64,000 bases of DNA from assembly GCA_035450485.1 (NCBI GenBank), contig DAOTMV010000012.1, positions 38,882 through 102,881 of the forward strand, in the 5' to 3' direction. The position numbers and the translations under genes are program-made. The notes under the pieces were generated by a model. That model saw nothing but the letters and a program-made list of their open reading frames with translations. It had not been told where the DNA came from and did no database searches. How positions within the stretch are numbered: the stretch's first letter is position 1; the number at the start of each line of letters is the position of its first letter. This document shows, in pieces, positions 50,701-61,633 of the stretch. The DNA comes from Anaerohalosphaeraceae bacterium. Its GTDB lineage: Bacteria > Planctomycetota > Phycisphaerae > Sedimentisphaerales > Anaerohalosphaeraceae.

Positions 50701-53181
50701 CTTCAGTCACTGGTACAAATGCGGGCCGAGATCGGCCTGCTGCGCTACCCCACGCAGGCCCGTGCGCTGGCCGCGGCCTTCTGGATGCTGTCCGATGAGG
50801 TCGACGCCAAAGCACGGCTGGCATCCCGCATCGCCGCCGCCGGGCGCATCCGCGAATTGTTTGACGATTCCGCGATCGAAAGCCTGTATGTCAGCCAGCT
50901 TACCGACTTGCTGAGCACGTTTGTCGATGAAACCGGCGTGTTCGACTCCAAATGGATCGCTCCGGCCGCGGAGTATCTTTTTTGCGAGCTGGCCAATCCC
51001 GATGATTCGGGCTTCGCCGTAAGCCGCATCGCCGTGGACATCCGTGCCGCTTTTGAGGATCATCTCCGAAAGCGCCGCTTTGTACAGCGTTTCGCGCAGG
51101 CCGACAACGCACTTTCGGGCGATCCTTTGGGTCGTTTGCGTCTGTTGACCGACTGGGTCGGAGCGTTCCTTCGCACAAGTGACGGCGCGAAACTCGAGTA
51201 TGCCGACGAAGTCGCCGTCCTGATGCTTGACGAGAAGGCGCAAAACCGACCTGTTATCGACAAGCCCATTGAGCGGCAACTCAGCGGGATACTCGGTTCA
51301 CACCCCCGCATCGTTCAGGCAGGACTTGAACTGAACTACTGCGATTTCATGACACGGCTGAACCATCATGCACAGCACATCGTGCCCCGCTTTGTCGAAT
51401 TCCGTCGGATCAAGCAAGACCTGGTGGAACAGTACGCCGAGCGTCTCCGCCTTGATGAGTTCAAGCCGCGTGTGCTGTCGACCTTCGTCCGCAACAAGCT
51501 CATCGACAAGGTCTACCTGCCCCTGATCGGCGATAATCTGGCCAAACAGATCGGTTCCGCCGACGAGACGAAGCGCACCGACACGCAAGGCCTGCTGCTG
51601 CTGATCAGCCCGCCCGGCTACGGCAAGACCACCCTGATGGAATATATGGCCAACCGTTTAGGCCTGACCTTCATGAAGATCAACGGGCCGGCCATCGGCA
51701 GCCATGTCACGGCGCTTGACCCGGCGACCGCCCCCAACTCAGCCGCCCGCGAAGAGCTTCAGAAGCTCAATCTTGCCTTCGAGATGGGCGACAACGTCAT
51801 GATTTACATCGACGACATTCAGCATACCAACCCGGAGTTCCTGCAAAAGTTCATTTCGCTCTGCGATGCCCAGCGGCGCATCGAGGGCGTCTTCGGCGGC
51901 AGGCCAAGAACATACGACCTCCGTGGAAAACGCGTCTGCGCCGTCATGGCCGGCAACCCGTACACCGAAAGCGGCGAGAAATTCAAGATACCCGACATGT
52001 TAGCCAACCGTGCCGACACGTACAATATTGGCGATATCGTCGGGGACAACCGCGAAGAATTCGTCTCCAGCTACGTGGAAAATTGCCTTACGTCCAACCC
52101 CGTGCTGCAGTCGCTGGCGATGCGCAGCCAGAAGGACGTGTACACCGTGATGAAAATCGCCGAGACCGGGCGACAGGACAACATGGAATTCGAGGCTAAC
52201 TACAGCGCCGATGAACTCGACGAGTATGTCGCGACAATGAAAAAGCTCTTCGTCGTTCGCGAGGTGCTGCTCAAGGTCAACCAGCAGTACATCGCCTCGG
52301 CGGGGCAAAACGACGCCTACCGCACCGAGCCGCCCTTCCTGCTGCAAGGCTCCTACCGTAACATGAACCGTATCGCCGCACGCGTTCTGCCTGTCATGAA
52401 TGACGACGAGTTGTGGACGCTCATCGTGTCGAGCTACGAGCAGGATGCACAGACACTCACCACCGGAGCTGAAGCCAACATGCTCAAATTTCGTGAACTC
52501 ATCGGGCATCTGACCGATGAACAAGCCAGGCGGTGGAGCGATATCAAGAAGACCTTCACACGCAATCTGCTGCTTGGCGCCGACACCGACGACCGTGTCG
52601 GAAAGATCATCGGCCAGCTCAATGCCTTCAGCGCAGGGCTGGACGGGATCAGGGACGTCCTGGCGGAAGGCATCGCCGCCGCCCGGCATAAGGAGGAGAA
52701 CGCCTGCCGCCAACAGGCGGAAGACGCCGCCCGACAGGTTGAAAAGAGCAGCCGTGATGATGCTGTACAAATTTTGGGTCGACAGGTACTTGATCGATTG
52801 GGTGAAGTCATCGCCGCCTTGAAGGAACGCCAGAAGGCACAGCAAGACCAGGAACAAACAGCCGAAATCAGGCGTCATGACGAGAACACCCGTATGCTCG
52901 TCACCGTACTCGAAGAACAGTTCAAAACGATGGAAACGTGGCTCATTCCGGTGCACCACAGTGACGCCGATCGCAGGGCGTACTTCCAGCACCTCGTTGG
53001 ACGTTTCCAGGAGATGGTGGATGGCTATACGCGGTTAATCGAGGCACTGCGCAACAAGTACGAACCGTTGCTGCGCAGCGAGGCGCCTGTATACCCAACG
53101 AGTAAAGACGAACAACCGAAGTCATCGCCGCCGCCAAAGCGGAACCAGAACAAATCGAAGGACAACCCTAAAAAGCAGTGA
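47776..53181 (+). CDS. giant (~1800 aa) multidomain protein with embedded MoxR/AAA_5-type AAA+ ATPase domain; function unknown
   Basis: Single uninterrupted ORF with good codon periodicity. Start at MVENNETTPM; an alternative start is 47803. AAA+ core around ORF residues ~1290-1480: Walker A LLLISPPGYGKTTL, Walker B VMIYIDDIQH, sensor-1 AVMAGNPY, and IPDMLANRADTYNI resembling the MoxR L..LDRF motif. Flanked by a β-rich N-domain, ~500 aa of coiled coil and a K/P-rich tail. Confidence 0.7.
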   Translation: MVENNETTPMPHDNAADAALQGGAYEVIRKRLETHGRELRQRMVKLNAARKDVFGAIESRLIAAERVTTSNNCIPRDMIPVGDRFIFGYNVFVGLRTETTLADVFSIYRLVDGQFVECPLELIEDERFIADFKNLFKYYRHTTFAKFAIRGPHLFMVFSIGKSAADIKTFKWLITEGRLRYLDNRSDHELVYPAQHQFEWIRTTQDMHRSGLNPHISIEERVFVETIGGDLTIKIEDNTETGQGIYSEPVDDPDQTLIDAEIYYAIIGNIILLKIRPYQEENFRYIVYSEKTRRAVRIDSIKDACVLLPQGQGLVFPRGYYLQTGETRQFETNVTNMVFEKCIASPNGEDFLYLFYNHENGVYLLLPYNLIEQSMSTPLICNGFSVFDDGTLICLRAGSEPQKHHAVQIWKTPYYGPDHTIEVLKDAPLYKIGNTAIVRCMAECTELLNLLAKDESYANLYVDIARKAQDICDSYFWLGDAEVFNLAEPLGNIQKAASAAIEEFEKVVRTRRNTQNEIDAAARQVTEAIAAIDYDALNNIDLYVNHLAQLRALRGRVVSLKDLRYADLETVEKLETEVAQHTDRLSSLCIRFLLDPEALAPYRRRIDEQSAQVDKTQKVTEARELSERVDETAAQLEMLTEIVSNLKIEDATQTVAVIDNISLVYSRLNQVRSALKNRINELGTVEGQAEFAAQIKLLDQSVINYLDVCDTPEKCDEYLTKITVQLETLESRFADFDEFIGRLTEKREELYNAFESRKVQIVAHRNQRASALMAAAERVLKGIENRLRSFSDINEINGYFASDLMVQRVHDAVEQLLELGDTVKAEDIRTRLKALQQDAVRQLKDRQALFVDGDNIIRLGRHRFRVNRQPLEGTIVRRGDKMFYHLTGTGFFEEITDEALLAARDAWDLEVPSESPEVYRAEYLAYLMLQDASVDAQSLAAAEFEQVLARVQAFMGPRYEEGYIKGVHDHDAARILQSLVQMRAEIGLLRYPTQARALAAAFWMLSDEVDAKARLASRIAAAGRIRELFDDSAIESLYVSQLTDLLSTFVDETGVFDSKWIAPAAEYLFCELANPDDSGFAVSRIAVDIRAAFEDHLRKRRFVQRFAQADNALSGDPLGRLRLLTDWVGAFLRTSDGAKLEYADEVAVLMLDEKAQNRPVIDKPIERQLSGILGSHPRIVQAGLELNYCDFMTRLNHHAQHIVPRFVEFRRIKQDLVEQYAERLRLDEFKPRVLSTFVRNKLIDKVYLPLIGDNLAKQIGSADETKRTDTQGLLLLISPPGYGKTTLMEYMANRLGLTFMKINGPAIGSHVTALDPATAPNSAAREELQKLNLAFEMGDNVMIYIDDIQHTNPEFLQKFISLCDAQRRIEGVFGGRPRTYDLRGKRVCAVMAGNPYTESGEKFKIPDMLANRADTYNIGDIVGDNREEFVSSYVENCLTSNPVLQSLAMRSQKDVYTVMKIAETGRQDNMEFEANYSADELDEYVATMKKLFVVREVLLKVNQQYIASAGQNDAYRTEPPFLLQGSYRNMNRIAARVLPVMNDDELWTLIVSSYEQDAQTLTTGAEANMLKFRELIGHLTDEQARRWSDIKKTFTRNLLLGADTDDRVGKIIGQLNAFSAGLDGIRDVLAEGIAAARHKEENACRQQAEDAARQVEKSSRDDAVQILGRQVLDRLGEVIAALKERQKAQQDQEQTAEIRRHDENTRMLVTVLEEQFKTMETWLIPVHHSDADRRAYFQHLVGRFQEMVDGYTRLIEALRNKYEPLLRSEAPVYPTSKDEQPKSSPPPKRNQNKSKDNPKKQ

Positions 53182-53217
53182 CGGCCCGGCCGTATTGCGG
53201 GCGAAAGCATAGAACAC

Positions 53218-53910
53218 ATGGGAAGGATCGCAAACCTCAGAAAAATTACCAAGGCGCGCATTGACGCGTTCTTGAACAGTATCGAGCGGCCGGAACGTAT
53301 CCTGCCGCAACTCGAAAAGGAAATGTCCCAGAAGGTTGCCGAGGCAGCCAAGGCCGAGGCAAAAGCGCTGGCGGCGGTGCGCGGGGCCCAGCGGCGCGTC
53401 GACGAAGCGGCCGGACGGGCAATGCGGCTGGAAAAGGGGGTAAAGCAGGCGATAACCGCCGGCGACATGGAAACGGCCCGCCGCGCAGTGGCCGCGCTTG
53501 TGGAGGCCGAGAAGGACACGGAACGTCTTCGCGCGGCGCTCGATACCGCTCACACAGCGTATCTCGATGCAGGCGCCGTTCGAAAACAGCTCGCCGACAC
53601 CCTCAACGATCTGAAGGCCCGCAGGAAGGACATCATCGACAGAAGTCGTCGTGTGGAATTGCAGAAGGCGATTCAGACGAATCGAGCGCTTGGCATCGCC
53701 GATGGCACAGAAATCCTCGACGTTGTCGCCCGTATGGAAGCAAGACTCGACCATGACGAGACCCTGATCGAAGCCGCCAACCATCTCCGGCCGACACTTG
53801 ACCTGACGCTGGATAGCGATATACTGAAACAGAGACTCCACGATGCAGAGGTCGAGGCGCGGTTGGCCGAACTGAAGGCCAAATACATGCCGCCGGCCAA
53901 CGGAGAGTAA
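53218..53910 (+). CDS. PspA/IM30 family protein, paralog 3
   Basis: MGRIANLRKITKARIDAFLNSIERPERILPQLEKEM… is a PspA-like N-terminus. 230 aa coiled coil. Confidence 0.75.
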   Translation: MGRIANLRKITKARIDAFLNSIERPERILPQLEKEMSQKVAEAAKAEAKALAAVRGAQRRVDEAAGRAMRLEKGVKQAITAGDMETARRAVAALVEAEKDTERLRAALDTAHTAYLDAGAVRKQLADTLNDLKARRKDIIDRSRRVELQKAIQTNRALGIADGTEILDVVARMEARLDHDETLIEAANHLRPTLDLTLDSDILKQRLHDAEVEARLAELKAKYMPPANGE

Positions 53911-53937
53911 CAAGGTCTGGAGGGCCTGGGGAGCAGG

Positions 53938-55200
53938 ATGAACACCGTAAGAGCGCTTCTTCTTTTCATTACTGCGCTGGGGATGCCAGCAGCGCCCCTC
54001 GCCGCCGACGGTCTCATCGCTTCCCCCGAGGATGGCTGGCCTCAATGGCGCGGTCCGAGACGTGATGGAATATCCACTGAAACGGGGCTTCTGCAGGCAT
54101 GGCCAGCGGAGGGGCCGCGGCTCCTGTGGAAGATAGGCGAACTCGGCCGGGGATGGTCGTCGCCCATCATTGTCAACGGTCGGCTTTATATCACGGGGGA
54201 CGCAGGCGATGACCTCGTAATCTTTGCCTTCGACACAGACGGCAAGCCCCTCTGGCGAGCCACAAACGGCAAGGCGTGGAAAGGGCCGTACCCCGGAGCA
54301 CGGGCTGCGTGCACGTTTTCCGAAGGCAAAATCTATAACATGAGTGCGCACGGGCGGGTGACCTGTCTCGATGCCGCATCAGGACGTGAACTGTGGGCGC
54401 TGGACATTCTCGAGCATTTCAGCGCCAAGAACATCACGTGGGCCTTGAGCGAGTGCCTGCTGGTGTACGGCCCGCGGCTCATCGTGACGCCAGGCGGGCC
54501 GAAGGCGCTGATGGCGGCGCTGCACAAGGACGATGGACATGTGCTGTGGAGCACGCCTCCCCTGCGCGAAGAAAACACATCTCATTGTTCTCCCATTCTG
54601 TTCGAGTACGCAGGCCGACGGATTGTCAGCAACTGCTCGGCGTCCTGCGGCTTTGGTCTGGATGCCGACACCGGTAAGCTGCTTTGGACAGTACCGTTGA
54701 AGAACCCGTACGGCACGAACGTCGCCACGCCTGTTTACGGCCGCGGGGCCGTTTACTACGTCACGCCCTATACGGAGATGGGGCGATGCTATCGTCTGCG
54801 TGCTAATGGGGACAAGATCGCCGCCGAGCATCTCTGGATCTCTTGCCTGGATACCGTCACAGGCTGCGCGGTCCTCGTTGATGGCGTGCTCTACGCCGCC
54901 AACTACAACCGGCCGAAGTGGTGGTTCGCCGTTGACTGGCAAACAGGAGAAACGCTGTACGAATGCCGAGAATTTACCACCGGCGCGGCCGTTTATGCCG
55001 ATGGCCGCCTGTACATCCTCGACGAAAGCGGCCAGGTCGGGCTCCTGAAGCCCACCAGAGACGGCCTGCAGATCCATGGCCGATTCTCACTCACCGACAG
55101 GAAAGTCAGGGATGCCTGGGCCCATCCGGTCATCCTCGATGGCCGGCTGTATCTCCGCTACCACGACACGCTGTTCTGCTACGATATTAGACAACGCTGA
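53938..55200 (+). CDS. secreted PQQ-like beta-propeller repeat protein
   Basis: Signal peptide. Repeated W..RG…G.(L/I)Y….DG.L.(A/C).D..TG..LW motifs. 27-nt gap after the third pspA. Confidence 0.65.
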   Translation: MNTVRALLLFITALGMPAAPLAADGLIASPEDGWPQWRGPRRDGISTETGLLQAWPAEGPRLLWKIGELGRGWSSPIIVNGRLYITGDAGDDLVIFAFDTDGKPLWRATNGKAWKGPYPGARAACTFSEGKIYNMSAHGRVTCLDAASGRELWALDILEHFSAKNITWALSECLLVYGPRLIVTPGGPKALMAALHKDDGHVLWSTPPLREENTSHCSPILFEYAGRRIVSNCSASCGFGLDADTGKLLWTVPLKNPYGTNVATPVYGRGAVYYVTPYTEMGRCYRLRANGDKIAAEHLWISCLDTVTGCAVLVDGVLYAANYNRPKWWFAVDWQTGETLYECREFTTGAAVYADGRLYILDESGQVGLLKPTRDGLQIHGRFSLTDRKVRDAWAHPVILDGRLYLRYHDTLFCYDIRQR

Positions 55201-55462
55201 TCGCGCAGGCGGCATCCGTTCTTTCGTGCACCAAGGGATTTGCTGCTGACCAGACAGATGCCGATGGGAATCGGCCTCCAGGTGTTCGGTTCTGTCACAG
55301 TCGCCATGCGCCGGCCGGAATTGCACAGGAAAGTACAGTTGCCGGCCGTACCACACATATGCATTGCACAAACAATTAAGGATCCGTCGGCTTTTAACAA
55401 CTCCCCTTATACGCTTGCCACCGCACGACGCAAGGAATCACAGTCCCGGGTTCAATTGGGGT

Positions 55463-55491
55463 TTGACAGTACAGGGCAAATATGCTCTAAT
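55463..55491 (+). promoter_or_regulatory. candidate sigma70-like promoter (TTGACA-17-TCTAAT) upstream of carB
   Basis: Consensus -35, 17-nt spacer and a 4/6 -10, in the AT-richer 360-nt intergenic region ~70 nt upstream of carB. Confidence 0.3.
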
Positions 55492-55558
55492 CCCGCAACC
55501 ACATGTAAGGATCGCCCCTTTTCACTGTGATTAGCGAATCAGTAGGAGACAATATAAG

Positions 55559-58762
<3,204 letters not shown>

Positions 58763-58785
58763 TCGTACTCTGCAATGGCAGAGAT

Positions 58786-60066
58786 TCACGGCATACGAAA
58801 GAGACGCCCGTCGCCCGGACCTAATGCGATCGTCACTTTGCCCTCGTGATCGGTATTGCCAGCCTCTATCCATTCGCCGGTGGCCCGGTCCAGTTCCTTA
58901 AGCCGCCCGCCGCCGCGGACAAACTGCAGGGTTGCTTTGGCGCTTTGTCTGTAATCGCGATTGACCAGCATAAAAGCCGTTGCGCTGCCCCCCTGCCCGA
59001 AGAGACCAAGTACGTAAGACCCCTCCGAACATATCCGAACGGGTGAATCGCCCGGTACGGGTTCGGTGCCGAGCGGCAGCGGATCGGTATGGTAGGCGCC
59101 CAGTGAGTCAAGCGTCATCAAGGCAGGCCCGAACTTCTCGATCTCGGCATTAAGAGCCGCAACATCCGCCGCCAGCGGCGACGGCTTGCCGTCCCTGTAC
59201 AGCCCCCCGTACGATTCCGGTCCCCAGTATGTGAAATAACTGATGCCGCGGCCGCCATATGCCATGGTCGTAAAGGCAAGCCATCGCACCTCCGCGGCCG
59301 TGGGGAACCGCCAGGCCTTCACCACTGTGCTGGCCTGGATGATGTTCAGAAACGGCTTGCCGCATGCAAGCGCCGCCTCACGAATGAGCGCCAGATTGAG
59401 AAAATACTCTGGGCCGTCGCCGTCCAGGAAGAAGTGGTAATGGTCATAGCTGATCAAGTCGGGTTTGACAGTCTCCACAAACCGCATCAGGTGTTCGCGA
59501 TAACGCAGCACCACGCCGTTGTCCGAACCTATGCCGGCAAGATGGACGGGATAACCGTCGCGGCGGGCCTGCGAAGTGGTGATTCCCAACTGCTGTTCGT
59601 TGGCATACGTTGGAAAGAGATTGATATAAGCCAGATGCTTCGGGTCGCGCTGCCTGAGATAGGCCACCAATCGGCCAAGGGCGGCAAATGCGCCGGCGCT
59701 CGGCTCGTCGACAATATAATACGCCTCAAGCGCCGGGTGATCCTTGACGCGTGCAATCAGGGCGTCCAGTCCCGTACGCTTGTCCGCATCATCCAATATC
59801 TCCGGCCGCAGGAGGCTGTTGGTAAGCATGGCCCGCAGGCCGTGCCGCGCCGCAACGTCCAGACCTTCCTCCGGGACCCACGTAAGGTTGTAGTGTTCGG
59901 CGGCAACCCGGACCAGCGCCTCGTCCGTCGCCGGCGGCGGGCACCAGAACGTGATGAGAAACCGGTCCTGCCTCCATCCGGCGTTTGATTGTACATCCGC
60001 ACCAAAAGCCGGCCATACCAGCAGCGCCATCAGCCCGATGCCCACCAGGATCATTCTCCTGCACAT
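58786..60066 (-). CDS. secreted glycoside-hydrolase-like TIM-barrel protein (family uncertain)
   Basis: Strong RBS GGAGAAAGGAGAG and a signal peptide. The pattern of aromatic/acidic motifs (…YINLFPTYAN…, …ISYDHYHF…) is suggestive of a GH-like (β/α)8 fold; not assignable to a family by eye. Confidence 0.4.
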   Translation of the reverse strand: MCRRMILVGIGLMALLVWPAFGADVQSNAGWRQDRFLITFWCPPPATDEALVRVAAEHYNLTWVPEEGLDVAARHGLRAMLTNSLLRPEILDDADKRTGLDALIARVKDHPALEAYYIVDEPSAGAFAALGRLVAYLRQRDPKHLAYINLFPTYANEQQLGITTSQARRDGYPVHLAGIGSDNGVVLRYREHLMRFVETVKPDLISYDHYHFFLDGDGPEYFLNLALIREAALACGKPFLNIIQASTVVKAWRFPTAAEVRWLAFTTMAYGGRGISYFTYWGPESYGGLYRDGKPSPLAADVAALNAEIEKFGPALMTLDSLGAYHTDPLPLGTEPVPGDSPVRICSEGSYVLGLFGQGGSATAFMLVNRDYRQSAKATLQFVRGGGRLKELDRATGEWIEAGNTDHEGKVTIALGPGDGRLFRMP

Positions 60067-60157
60067 TGCTCTCTCCTTTCTCCGGTAAAATGCGTTGAGG
60101 TTTCATGCCGCTTACAGTATAGTATAATCTAAACGTTATTGACAGTCGGAGGATATT

Positions 60158-61150
60158 ATGAAAACCAGGGCCGTATGCATCATCGTTTTCGCCATCGCCG
60201 CGTTTATTGCACTCACATATGATGCCGCAACCGCATCACCGGACGACCTGTCTGTAAAGACCTATCGCAACCCTATCATCAACCGCATCGGCCCGGCCGA
60301 CCCTGCCGTGATTCGCTACCAGGGCAAGTACTACATGTACCCAACGTGGGACGGGCGGGGTTATGACGTGTTCGTCTCCGATGACCTTGTCACGTGGCAA
60401 CAGAAGCCCAAATGCTACACCGATTCCCGCGGCGGGGCATGGGCGCCGGATGTATTTTGCAACAGCAGGGGCGACGGCAAATTCTATCTCTACTACACGG
60501 TCAACAACCCTAAGGGCGGCAAGCTGATCGGCGTCGCCGTGGCGGACCATCCGCTGGGCCCGTTTGTCGACAAGGGCAACCTGATCGAGAATAATGTCAT
60601 CGACGCGCACCTGTTCCAGGACGACGACGGCAAACTGTACCTCTACTTCGTGCGTATCGGCGACCCGTTTCAGATATTTGTCCAGCCGATGGCCGACCCG
60701 CTGACCCTGACAGGCGCCCCCACGGAAGTCATCCGTGCCGAAACGCCATGGGAGACGGCCCGAGGTAAGGTGACCGAGGGCCCCTGGATGCTCAAGCACA
60801 AGGGACTGTATTATTTAATGTATTCCGGCAGCGGCGCCAATGGGCCGGAGTACGCAATCGGCTACGCCACCGCCAAGTCGCCTCTCGGCCCGTTTGTCAA
60901 GTATGCCGGCAACCCCATCGCCAAACAGGGCAACGGCGTCTTCGGACCCGGCCATCATTGCGTCGTCGAAGGCCCCGACGGCGGCCTGTGGATGGTCTAT
61001 CATCAGCAGAACAGTACAAAGGTGGGTTGGGACCGCTTCCTCGCCATCGACCCGTTGTGGTTCGACGACGAGGGCGTCATTCACGTCAAGACCACACGCA
61101 ATAGTGAGGAACCTCTGGACCACGCCTTGGCACTGAAGGAAATAAAATGA
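60158..61150 (+). CDS. glycoside hydrolase family 43 protein (β-xylosidase/arabinanase-like)
   Basis: Signal peptide. GH43 five-bladed propeller motifs …RNPI…ADP…YYMY (catalytic Asp), …WAPD…, …EGPWM (catalytic Glu region). GGAGGA RBS. Confidence 0.8.
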   Translation: MKTRAVCIIVFAIAAFIALTYDAATASPDDLSVKTYRNPIINRIGPADPAVIRYQGKYYMYPTWDGRGYDVFVSDDLVTWQQKPKCYTDSRGGAWAPDVFCNSRGDGKFYLYYTVNNPKGGKLIGVAVADHPLGPFVDKGNLIENNVIDAHLFQDDDGKLYLYFVRIGDPFQIFVQPMADPLTLTGAPTEVIRAETPWETARGKVTEGPWMLKHKGLYYLMYSGSGANGPEYAIGYATAKSPLGPFVKYAGNPIAKQGNGVFGPGHHCVVEGPDGGLWMVYHQQNSTKVGWDRFLAIDPLWFDDEGVIHVKTTRNSEEPLDHALALKEIK

Positions 61151-61202
61151 ACGGGCGCAGGCCAAAGTGCTGAAGAAGCACGGCAAGCCACCCCCTCACC
61201 AC

Positions 61203-61250
61203 TACGCCCGGCAGGATTCGAACCTGCGACCTTCGGTTTAGGAAACCGAC
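61203..61250 (-). tRNA. truncated tRNA-Arg(CCU) 3' fragment (anticodon stem to discriminator), attachment-site repeat
   Basis: Minus-strand sense: G-TCGGT-TTCCTAA-ACCGA-AGGTC-GCAGG-TTCGAAT-CCTGC-CGGGCGT-A. This gives the anticodon arm (U33, anticodon CCU, A37), variable loop, T-arm with a canonical TTCGAAT loop and the 3' acceptor strand. No matching 5' acceptor strand or D-arm is present upstream, where AT-rich DNA begins. Confidence 0.7.
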
Positions 61251-61305
61251 AACATAATTACATAAAATCTTTACAGTAAATAACTTATGGATTTCTCTGT
61301 TTTTA

Positions 61306-61456
61306 CTTGTCCTTTGCATTGTCCTTTTATGGACTTGCAAAACTCCAAAATACTGCGTTTATCTTCTCTTTTTAGGGACTCCAAAACTCTACCAAAGCGT
61401 TTTTTTATAGTGTCCAAAAACTCTTTTCAATTCTGTTTTATGGACTAAAGAAACCC
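61306..61456. repeat. iteron-like direct repeats (4x ~TTTTATGGACT(C/T)CAAAACTC) in AT-rich non-coding DNA
   Basis: Copies at ~61326-61345, 61371-61389, 61405-61423 and 61436-61456, plus a TGTCCTTT doublet at 61306-61326. Located ~200 nt downstream of the primase-helicase gene. Confidence 0.5.
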
Positions 61457-61633
61457 TGAAGGATTCTTTACATGGCCGCATTGTCCCGGTATCCTGTATG
61501 GCATGGCTGAAGACTGGAAAAAAGTATTGAAAGATTTCCCGATGGACGCTCTCCGAATGATTATTGAATGGGGCATTTTCATCGGTATCATTGCCCTTTT
61601 GGGTTATCTTTTAAGCGACTGAATCAACCGGGA

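Noticed and set aside
61189-61260. Complete tRNA gene
   Set aside because: Only the 3' ~48 nt of the cloverleaf is present. Upstream sequence is AT-rich and cannot form the acceptor 5' strand or D-arm. It is interpreted as an att repeat, not a functional tRNA.
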